DNA of 63,181 nucleotides from Clostridia bacterium (GTDB lineage Bacteria; Bacillota; Clostridia; TANB77; CAG-465): NCBI GenBank assembly GCA_045651205.1, contig JAZRSA010000011.1, positions 1 to 63,181 of the forward strand, read 5' to 3'. Shown piece by piece: positions 55,529 to 63,181 of this stretch (position 1 is its first letter; each line of letters starts with the position of its first letter). The notes under the pieces were generated by a model. It saw only the letters and a program-made list of their open reading frames with translations, ran no database searches and was not told where the DNA came from. The position numbers and the translations under genes were made by a program.

Positions 55529-57655
55529 CTATAAATGTAGTACTCTTGCTTTTATCTCCTTTGTTTTTCCTTCATTCCAGAAGTTTTCTCCTAGATATCC
55601 ACAAGTACGTCTTGTAACGTTCATTTTTCTCTTGTCTTTGTTTCCACAACTTGGGCATTCCCATTCGTTGTTATCGTTTATTATAATTTCTCCATCAAAT
55701 CCACAGCAATGGCAGTAGTCTGATTTAGTATTAAATTCTGCATATTGAATGTTATCATAAATAAATCTTACTATATCTTCTAATGCATCTAAGTTATGAG
55801 TAATATTTGGTATTTCTACATAAGATATTGCTCCACCTGAAGATATTGGTTGGAATTCACTTTCAAATGTAAGTTTTTGAAATGCATCAATTTTTTCTCT
55901 AACATCTACGTGATAAGAGTTTGTGTAGTAACCTTTATCTGTTACATCTTTGATATCTCCAAATTTTTCTTTATCTATTCTAGCAAATCTGTAACATAAG
56001 CTTTCTGCTGGTGTTCCATATAATCCAAAGCCTAAACCTGTTTCTTTCTTCCAAGTTTCACAAGCAGATCTTAATCTCTTTATAACTCTTATAGCGAAGT
56101 CTTTACCTTCTGGAGTTGTATGAGATACACCTTTCATAAGTTTTGTTACTTCGTATATTCCTATATATCCTAAAGATATTGTAGCATATCCATCTTTTAA
56201 GAACTTATCTATTTTCTCACCTGGTTGTAATCTTGCTATTGCACCATATTGCCAGTGTACTGGAGATATGTCTGATGTAGTTCCAAGTAATGCATGGTGT
56301 CTACACATTAATGCTTCATAGCATAAAGATAATCTTTCATCTAGTAGACTCCAGAATTTTTCTTCATCGCCTTCAGCAAGGATTCCTATTTGAGGTAAGT
56401 TAAGTGATACAACACCTTGGTTGAATCTTCCTTCAAATTTGTAATTTCCTTTTTCATCTTTCCAAGGAGATAAGAAGCTTCTGCATCCCATTGGGCTGAA
56501 TACATTACCTTCGTAGTTTTCTTTCATCTTCTTAGCTGAGATGTAGTCTGGATACAATCTCTTAGAAGAACATCTAACTGCAAGTTTTGTTAAGTAATCA
56601 AATTCCCCACCTGTTAGGTTGTTGTGCTCATGTAATACATATATTAGTTTAGGGAATGCTGGTGTTACATATACACCTTTTTCATTCTTTATACCTAAAT
56701 ATCTTTGTCTTAATATTTCTTCAATGATCATAGCTGTTTCTTTCTTGTATGGATCATTTTCATCAAGATTTAAGAATATTGTTACGAATGGAGATTGTCC
56801 ATTTGTAGTCATAAGTGTATTTATTTGATATTGTATTGTTTGAACACCTGCTGCAAGTTCATCTTTAAGTCTATCTTGAACTATATTTTCTATAGTTTCT
56901 TCAGATAATGTTCCTTTATATTTTTCTTCTAATTTAGTTTTGAATTTTTCATAGCTCTTTCTTAAGTATTTACCAAGATGTCTAATTTCTACAGATTGAC
57001 CACCATATTGGCTACTTGCAACTGCAGCTATTATTTGAGTCATAATAGTACAAGCAACTTGGAAGCTTTTTGGACTTTCAATTAATTTTCCGTTCATTAC
57101 TGTTCCATTTTCAAACATATCGCTTATATTTATTAAGCAGCAGTTGAATATTGGTTGTAAGAAATAATCCGCATCATGGAAGTGTAGAACACCATCTTCA
57201 TGAGCTTTAGAGATTTTTTCTGGAAGTAACATTCTCTTTGTTAAATCCTTAGAAACTTCTCCTGCTATTAAGTCTCTTTGTGTTGATGCAATATGTGCAT
57301 TTTTATTAGAGTTTTCTTGCATAACATCTTTGTTGCTATTTCTAATTAAAGATAATATAGATTCATCTGTTGTATTAGATTTTCTAACTAATGCTCTTGT
57401 ATATCTATATACAATATATGCTTTTGCAAGTTCGAATTTTCCAAGTTCCATTAATTTTTCTTCAATAATGTCTTGAACATCTTCAACTAGCATTCTTTTT
57501 TTCTTCAAACCTTCAATGTGTTTGATTATACCCTCTATTTCCTCGCATGAAGCAGTTTCACAATCTGGTACTTCAGCGTTAGCTTTTCCAATGGCTACAC
57601 GGATTTTCTCCGCATCATATTCAACGATTTTTCCGTCTCTTTTTACTATTTTCAT
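55529..57655 (-). CDS. nrdD: anaerobic ribonucleoside-triphosphate reductase (class III)
   Basis: N-terminal ATP-cone (MKIVKRDGKIVEYDAEKI), C-terminal Zn ribbon CHCCG...CPSCG and glycyl-radical motif RRTCGYLG. Start set at the ATG after GGGGGAGG. Confidence 0.95.
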   Translation of the reverse strand: MKIVKRDGKIVEYDAEKIRVAIGKANAEVPDCETASCEEIEGIIKHIEGLKKKRMLVEDVQDIIEEKLMELGKFELAKAYIVYRYTRALVRKSNTTDESILSLIRNSNKDVMQENSNKNAHIASTQRDLIAGEVSKDLTKRMLLPEKISKAHEDGVLHFHDADYFLQPIFNCCLINISDMFENGTVMNGKLIESPKSFQVACTIMTQIIAAVASSQYGGQSVEIRHLGKYLRKSYEKFKTKLEEKYKGTLSEETIENIVQDRLKDELAAGVQTIQYQINTLMTTNGQSPFVTIFLNLDENDPYKKETAMIIEEILRQRYLGIKNEKGVYVTPAFPKLIYVLHEHNNLTGGEFDYLTKLAVRCSSKRLYPDYISAKKMKENYEGNVFSPMGCRSFLSPWKDEKGNYKFEGRFNQGVVSLNLPQIGILAEGDEEKFWSLLDERLSLCYEALMCRHHALLGTTSDISPVHWQYGAIARLQPGEKIDKFLKDGYATISLGYIGIYEVTKLMKGVSHTTPEGKDFAIRVIKRLRSACETWKKETGLGFGLYGTPAESLCYRFARIDKEKFGDIKDVTDKGYYTNSYHVDVREKIDAFQKLTFESEFQPISSGGAISYVEIPNITHNLDALEDIVRFIYDNIQYAEFNTKSDYCHCCGFDGEIIINDNNEWECPSCGNKDKRKMNVTRRTCGYLGENFWNEGKTKEIKARVLHL

Positions 57656-57684
57656 ATTAACCTCCCCCAATTTCCTATACCGCT

Positions 57685-57726
57685 ATTGTACGCCCTAAAA
57701 AATATTAAAGCTGTTGCAAATGCAAC
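57685..57726 (-). promoter_or_regulatory. predicted nrdD promoter with a Crp/Fnr-type 5-N4-5 palindrome centred at about -41.5
   Basis: GTTGCAAATGCAAC at 57713-57726. On the minus strand, a 22 nt gap is followed by TACAAT (57690-57685), then RBS and ATG. The site lies in the divergent region shared with the Crp/Fnr gene. Confidence 0.5.
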
Positions 57727-57769
57727 TTTTTTGTGATATTATTAAAATAATTTTAGAGGTGATTTTTTT

Positions 57770-58408
57770 ATGGTAAACTGTGACCTATTCAAACAATTGA
57801 CAGAGCAAGAGTTTCAAAAAATTTACAAATGTTTTGAAATTAGAAATATTTTTTTCAAGAAAGATCAAACAATTTTATCCAACACCAAAAACGCTGGAAC
57901 CGTTGGCGTTGTAATATCTGGCGACGCTCAACTTGTTCGTGTGGATTACAAAGGAACTCGTACACTATTAGCAGAATATGCAGAAGGAGATACATTTGGC
58001 GCCATTTTCTCAAATATTTCTAACGGCGAAGTTTCTGTACAAGCTAAAACAGATTGTGAAATTATGTTTGTAGATTATGAACATATAATTAATAGATGTA
58101 AAAAAAATTGTCCTTATCATAATACTGTTATCCAAAACATGATAGACATTCTTGCAAAAAGAATTTATGTGCAAAACGAAAGAATCGAAATATTAACCAA
58201 AAGGAGCACTCGTGAAAAGCTACTTGAATACTTTCATGCCCTAGCCAAGAAAAGCTCCTCAAAAACCGTTTACGTGCCTTTTACGTACACAGATTTAGCA
58301 GACTACCTAAGTATAGACAGGGCTGCTATGATGAGAGAGCTAAAATATCTAAAAGATGATGGCATAATACGTACCAAAGGTAGAATGGTTAAATTAATAA
58401 CTATGTAA
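57770..58408 (+). CDS. Crp/Fnr-family transcriptional regulator
   Basis: cNMP-binding-like beta-roll (GDTFGAIF) plus C-terminal HTH (YTDLADYLSIDRAAMMRELKYLKDDGII). CKKNC pair between the domains. Confidence 0.85.
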   Translation: MVNCDLFKQLTEQEFQKIYKCFEIRNIFFKKDQTILSNTKNAGTVGVVISGDAQLVRVDYKGTRTLLAEYAEGDTFGAIFSNISNGEVSVQAKTDCEIMFVDYEHIINRCKKNCPYHNTVIQNMIDILAKRIYVQNERIEILTKRSTREKLLEYFHALAKKSSSKTVYVPFTYTDLADYLSIDRAAMMRELKYLKDDGIIRTKGRMVKLITM

Positions 58409-58472
58409 CAAATAGCAAGGGAATACATTATATGTATTCCCTTGCTACTTATTATTCATATTCTAATTATTT

Positions 58473-59990
58473 TTAATATTCATAAATATTTCCATTGTAT
58501 GTTAGAAGTTCTCCTGCGTCAGTTAAGAATACCATCATTTTATATTCATCTCCCATACACGCCATGTCTATTATATTATATTCAGATAAAGCTGTAAGTT
58601 CTGATGTAACTCCATTATCCATATTTACTTCGTACGCTTTGCCTTCGTATGTTACTACATATGCTTCTGTTACTTCTGCATCTATTAACGCATTCATTGT
58701 TCTATATACATGTGTTTTTTTACCTTCGCCTGATATAAAAGATAATTGCTTTGCTACCGGTGTCGATTCACCTATAACTATAAATACACCTTCTTCTCCT
58801 TCACAATATATTTTTCTATAATTTTCGCCTTCTCCTATTTCTTCGTAAGAATCCGCCCAAGTTATCTTTTTATATTTAGCATATGGATCTAGGATTTTTA
58901 CATCTTCTAAGCTTATATTAGCTCCGTTTACTACATCATAAGCAAAAATTACATTGTATTCAACTGTTTTTGGACCCGTTTTAGGTGTTATTACCATATT
59001 TACAGAATATGTATTCTTAAATCCATGAAAATCTATAGATTTAACATCTGACATTACTTGAGTTGCTGTACTTGAAGTTCCATCATATTTAAACAAATAT
59101 CCTTTCGCTGTAAGTATTAATACGCCTTCTATATCTGTTGTCTCTATTATTTTTGTTGCAGCTACTTTTTGCTTAGACTTATTTACTATTTGCTCGTATT
59201 CATTTTTCTTTTCATTCCAGTGATATAAATAATTGTTTGAATCATAAGGTATTTTTATTGTAGTACCGTTTGATATTATTCCTACAAAATCATATTTATC
59301 ATATGGTATTTTATTTATATCTATAAGGTCACCTTCTTCTGTTAAGAAATATATACATTCAATTGAATTTGTATCTCTATATATCATTTCTAACGCTTTC
59401 GTACCTTCAAGATGTCTCGTTACATTATCTACTTCTCCACCTGGCACCATGAAATATACATTAAAAGACCAAACTGCGCCTTCTTCTGTTAACAAGTATA
59501 CTTTAGATGTAGAATTATACTTAACCACTTCTATAGCCTTATATGTTCCTTCTATATCTAACTCTAATTCAACTTCTCCATAATATACTTTATTATCTTT
59601 TATCTTTGCTTCGCCAGATTTAGTTGATGACCATGTTAAATTCTTAAAATTTTCGTAAGGGTCTGTAACCGGCTCTTTATTTTCTTCTTCGTTTTTATTT
59701 CCTGTTTGTTCGCCTGTTTCACCCTTGAACTCTTCTGGTGTTTTTATCTCCCCTTCCGTCCAAGATTTTACAAACATTCCCACTACTGCCCCACAAATAA
59801 CAAGTATAGCTAAAACTAAAGCTATTATTAATGGCGTATTATTCTTCTTTTGCATCGGTTCTTCTATAGGACCCAAGTTATATTTGCCTGGTTCATTATT
59901 AACCGGATTATCTACCAAGTTTGTATTTTGTATATTTTCCATTTCTTGTATTGGATTTTGGTCCATTACATCATTTCCTTGTTCATTCAT
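58473..59990 (-). CDS. membrane-anchored protein with repeated LTEEG-type motifs in the extracytoplasmic domain
   Basis: Start set at MNEQGND (AGGGGTG RBS). One TM helix (LIIALVLAILVICGAVVGMFV). Five recurrences of hhhLT(E/D/A/Y)(E/K/A)G. Confidence 0.65.
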   Translation of the reverse strand: MNEQGNDVMDQNPIQEMENIQNTNLVDNPVNNEPGKYNLGPIEEPMQKKNNTPLIIALVLAILVICGAVVGMFVKSWTEGEIKTPEEFKGETGEQTGNKNEEENKEPVTDPYENFKNLTWSSTKSGEAKIKDNKVYYGEVELELDIEGTYKAIEVVKYNSTSKVYLLTEEGAVWSFNVYFMVPGGEVDNVTRHLEGTKALEMIYRDTNSIECIYFLTEEGDLIDINKIPYDKYDFVGIISNGTTIKIPYDSNNYLYHWNEKKNEYEQIVNKSKQKVAATKIIETTDIEGVLILTAKGYLFKYDGTSSTATQVMSDVKSIDFHGFKNTYSVNMVITPKTGPKTVEYNVIFAYDVVNGANISLEDVKILDPYAKYKKITWADSYEEIGEGENYRKIYCEGEEGVFIVIGESTPVAKQLSFISGEGKKTHVYRTMNALIDAEVTEAYVVTYEGKAYEVNMDNGVTSELTALSEYNIIDMACMGDEYKMMVFLTDAGELLTYNGNIYEY

Positions 59991-60110
59991 AACATTCACC
60001 CCTGTTTTCTTTATTCTACTACAAATATATTTTAAGTTCAAGAAAAAAATATATGTATGAGTAGATGCAAAAAAGGAATACATAGGTATTCCTTTCGCTA
60101 TTTTCATATA

Positions 60111-60758
60111 TTATTTAGCTTTATCTACTAAATCTTTTTGCTTCTTTTTATTCTTAAACATTTTATAGAAATGCCAAGATAAATATGCTACTACTGCTAC
60201 TGCTAAAACTACTAACACCACATTACCAAATTTATCTACTACATCTGCCACTTTATGCCATGCTTCGCCTAAAAAATGTCCCGCAACAACCAGTATTGTA
60301 TTCCATACTGTTGTTCCAATTACTGTGTATGTTACAAATGGTAATACTTTCATTTTAGTCATACCAGCAGGTATAGATATTAAACTTCTAACAATTGGTA
60401 TGCATCTGCAGAAAAGAACTGTTATATTTCCTTTCTTTTCAAACCATACATTGGCTTTTTCTACATCTTGCGGTTTAAATCCAAGTAGTTTACCTACTTT
60501 GCCATCTAACCATCCCGCTATTACATCTTTATTTACGACTCTGCCTATACCGTATAATGCAAATGCACCTACAACTGCACCTATTGTGGCAAATAATATT
60601 ACAAGTGGTACTGTCATAGTAGATTGTGTAGTCATAAAGCCACCTAAAGATAGAATTATCTCAGATGGTATTGGCGGAAATAAATTTTCTATTAATATTA
60701 ACAATCCTATACCTATGTATCCCCAATCGTTCATAATTTCTATTATAAATTCTTGCAT
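60111..60758 (-). CDS. DedA/VTT-family membrane protein
   Basis: ENLFPPIPSEIIL motif and polytopic pattern typical of DedA. Confidence 0.8.
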   Translation of the reverse strand: MQEFIIEIMNDWGYIGIGLLILIENLFPPIPSEIILSLGGFMTTQSTMTVPLVILFATIGAVVGAFALYGIGRVVNKDVIAGWLDGKVGKLLGFKPQDVEKANVWFEKKGNITVLFCRCIPIVRSLISIPAGMTKMKVLPFVTYTVIGTTVWNTILVVAGHFLGEAWHKVADVVDKFGNVVLVVLAVAVVAYLSWHFYKMFKNKKKQKDLVDKAK

Positions 60759-60780
60759 ATTTTCTCCTTACATATTAAGT

Positions 60781-61335
60781 CTATTCATCTACGTCATTAG
60801 AAATTAATAAACCTAATGTTTTAATTATTATTTTCAAATCTAACCAAAAACTCATATTATCATAATATTCAGTGTCATATCTTAATTTCTGCTTATGAGA
60901 TATGGCTCTACCACCATTAACTTGTGCAAGACCTGTTAATCCCGGTCTCATTTTGTATCTCTTTGGATCTATTTCGCCCTCTGGTAATTCTTCACCAGGT
61001 ATAAATGGTCTAGGTCCAACTAGTGACATATCTCCCTTTAATACATTTATTAATTGTGGTAATTCATTTAATCTTAATCTATCTATTAATTTACTTACTT
61101 TTGTATAACTTTCTTTATATCCATTTGACTCACAAGGATATACTTTTGTTCTAATTTTATACATAGTAAATGTCTTTTTATTCTTGCCTTCACGTTTTCT
61201 TAGCCTGTTATATATAGGTAAACCTGTATCTAAATATGTAATAATTATTGTTAAAATAATTAATGGCCATACTAGCAACAAAAGTACTAAAGATATAACA
61301 AAATCTAAAAAAGGTTTTATGAAATTTCTATACAT
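60781..61335 (-). CDS. small bacterial sugar transferase (polyprenyl-phosphate hexose-1-phosphate transferase type)
   Basis: One TM helix, LNELPQLINVLKGDMSLVGPRP and GLTGLAQVNG motifs. Start set at MYRNF with AGAGGTG. Confidence 0.8.
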   Translation of the reverse strand: MYRNFIKPFLDFVISLVLLLLVWPLIILTIIITYLDTGLPIYNRLRKREGKNKKTFTMYKIRTKVYPCESNGYKESYTKVSKLIDRLRLNELPQLINVLKGDMSLVGPRPFIPGEELPEGEIDPKRYKMRPGLTGLAQVNGGRAISHKQKLRYDTEYYDNMSFWLDLKIIIKTLGLLISNDVDE

Positions 61336-61415
61336 TTCTACACCTCTATTGTGCATATGATTTTATCACAGAAGCACCTATTTTTCAATAATTTAACATC
61401 GTTTTGGTAACAGTA

Positions 61416-61820
61416 TTATTGTGCTTTCCCACATTTCTTACAAAACTTAGAATCGCTATCTATGTTAGCCCCACAATGCTTGCAATACATAGTTCCTCCT
61501 GCAGCAAATCCTTCTTTTACTGCTTGTGCCTTTGTTCTTATAGCACCCTTTTCTATTTCAGCTTCCATTTCTGCTACTTCTTTTAATACGTCTGAATTTT
61601 CTTCTAATATACTCTTCTTGACGTTTATTGCTGTCTTGCTTAAATCTTTAAGTCTTTCTCCCATATCTCCTTCTGTCATATCTTTAAGTATTTCCATATT
61701 GCTTTTCATCATATTTCTCATTACATTATTTCTCCCTTTTGACGAAATAGTAAAATACAAAATTAGTCCTATTCCTATTAATGCTATAACTAACGGTATA
61801 AATGCCAAATATTCTCCCAT
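61416..61820 (-). CDS. membrane-anchored zinc-ribbon protein
   Basis: TM helix plus C-terminal CKHCGANIDSDSKFCKKCG. Start set at MGEYLAF after GGAGG. Confidence 0.6.
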   Translation of the reverse strand: MGEYLAFIPLVIALIGIGLILYFTISSKGRNNVMRNMMKSNMEILKDMTEGDMGERLKDLSKTAINVKKSILEENSDVLKEVAEMEAEIEKGAIRTKAQAVKEGFAAGGTMYCKHCGANIDSDSKFCKKCGKAQ

Positions 61821-62234
61821 AATCCTGCCTCCGTATCTATATATACCCATTATACTATATATATTCTCTTTTGCAAAGTATATATGACAAAAGAAGGTTG
61901 TCGCCCATTTATTATTTAGTTAACCTTATATGAAAATCTATATCAACCTTAATAATAAGCCCAACTTTTCAACATATATTATATTTGTACTTTTCATTAA
62001 ATGTCCTCGAATTTCCTTAATGATGTGGCTAAACACCATAACAAAAAGTAGACATACTGCCTACTTTCTTTTAACTATATTTCTTCTTGTACCTATGTAT
62101 ATGACAAATGCGTTATAATATATAGTGCCTCTATCTCATTAAAAGAACAGATATTTGATTAAGATAAGATATTATGGTATAATATTAGATATATAGCACC
62201 AATATCCATAATTTAATTATAAAGGAGATTTTAA

Positions 62235-62399
62235 AATGTTTGCAATTGAAACTGCATTGGTAGCAAAATCTATTAAGGAGGGTGCCACTGTTGAAATGTT
62301 CGCTAAAGAGCATAGTATCAGCATTGAGCAAGCAAAAGCAATTTACAATTTCGTAAAGAGCGATGCGCCGCGTATGAGTATGATTTACCTGCGAGGTTA
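62235..62399 (+). CDS. small hypothetical protein (54 aa)
   Basis: Below the track cutoff. RBS AAAGGAG. MFAIETALVAKSIKEGATVEMFAKEHSISIEQAKAIYNFV... Followed by a terminator. Confidence 0.4.
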
Positions 62400-62416
62400 A
62401 TCCTAATTAATAGAAA

Positions 62417-62444
62417 GGGATGGTATTAATTTACCATCCTTTTT
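62417..62444 (+). terminator. rho-independent terminator
   Basis: GGATGGTA-ttaatt-TACCATCC followed by TTTTTT. Confidence 0.65.
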
Positions 62445-62455
62445 TACTATATAAC

Positions 62456-62482
62456 AACAAAAAGCAGGTATTGCTACCTGCT
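62456..62482 (-). terminator. terminator of the rRNA-tRNA operon
   Basis: Minus strand reads AGCAGGTA-gcaa-TACCTGCT followed by TTTTTGTTGTT, directly 3' of the tRNA. Confidence 0.65.
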
Positions 62483-62486
62483 AATT

Positions 62487-62562
62487 TGGCTCCTCAAGTT
62501 GGACTCGAACCAACGACCTATCGGTTAACAGCCGAGCGCTCTACCGACTGAGCTATTGAGGA
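62487..62562 (-). tRNA. tRNA-Asn (anticodon GTT), CCA encoded
   Basis: Reverse complement TCCTCAATAGCTCAGTCGGTAGAGCGCTCGGCTGTTAACCGATAGGTCGTTGGTTCGAGTCCAACTTGAGGAGCCA folds as a cloverleaf with anticodon loop CTGTTAA. Confidence 0.9.
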
Positions 62563-62571
62563 ATATATAAA

Positions 62572-62684
62572 AATTGGCGACCCCCTATTTTCCCTGTTAA
62601 AGTATCTTCGGCATCATAGAGCTTAACTTCTGTGTTCGGTATGGGAACAGGTGGACCCTCTATTTCATCGTCACCAATATTGTT
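62572..62684 (-). rRNA. rrf: 5S ribosomal RNA (ends +/- 5 nt)
   Basis: Reverse complement contains TTGGTGACGAT...CCACCTGTTCCCATACCGAACACAGAAGTTAAGCTC...GGTCGCCAA. Confidence 0.9.
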
Positions 62685-62758
62685 TAGTATGCTTCTATTG
62701 TCTTAGCACACTCAAAAATACATAATATAAATCGTTCTTTCCTCTCTTACAAAAAAAT

Positions 62759-63181
<423 letters not shown>

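Noticed and set aside
57671-57769. NrdR box upstream of nrdD
   Set aside because: I could not find the NrdR-type 16-bp palindrome. The only clear inverted repeat there is the GTTGC-N4-GCAAC site.

Overview
This is an AT-rich, low-GC Firmicutes-type chromosomal segment, probably from an anaerobe of the Clostridia or a related class; no species call is possible. Core genes: pgi (3' part), an SPFH protein, pflBA, PAP2 phosphatase, an RluA-family pseudouridine synthase, mltG, rsmA/ksgA, a G5/SLT wall hydrolase, lemA plus an M48 protease, dut, nrdDG with a small ferredoxin-thioredoxin-reductase-like gene, a Crp/Fnr regulator, DedA and a sugar transferase. The right edge carries the 3' end of an rRNA operon (23S partial, 5S, tRNA-Asn). 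Between about 13.3 and 44.5 kb lies a variable, defence-rich region with no recognisable integrase or transposase. It holds a PHP+ABC-ATPase (Gao Ppl-like) gene flanked by two paralogous helical proteins, a DUF2075 nuclease-helicase with MazG, an HTH-ImmA/IrrE pair, a two-Dcm + HNH restriction-modification operon, and an SNF2 helicase. The most unusual element is a tightly packed five-gene operon (34.3-44.5 kb) of large unassignable cytoplasmic proteins. One of them carries a clear R-S-ExE ADP-ribosyltransferase domain and another is a ProA-like pseudoenzyme. Other notable points: three single-gene GC-rich islets (NUDIX, RyR-domain, Gfo/Idh/MocA); a decayed duplicate of the nrdD-crp intergenic region with a conserved GTTGC-N4-GCAAC palindrome; four DUF3137-like paralogs around pflBA; a tandem array of small-gene modules; and a candidate sRNA. 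No CRISPR array was seen. All family assignments rest on motif reading by eye, not on searches.
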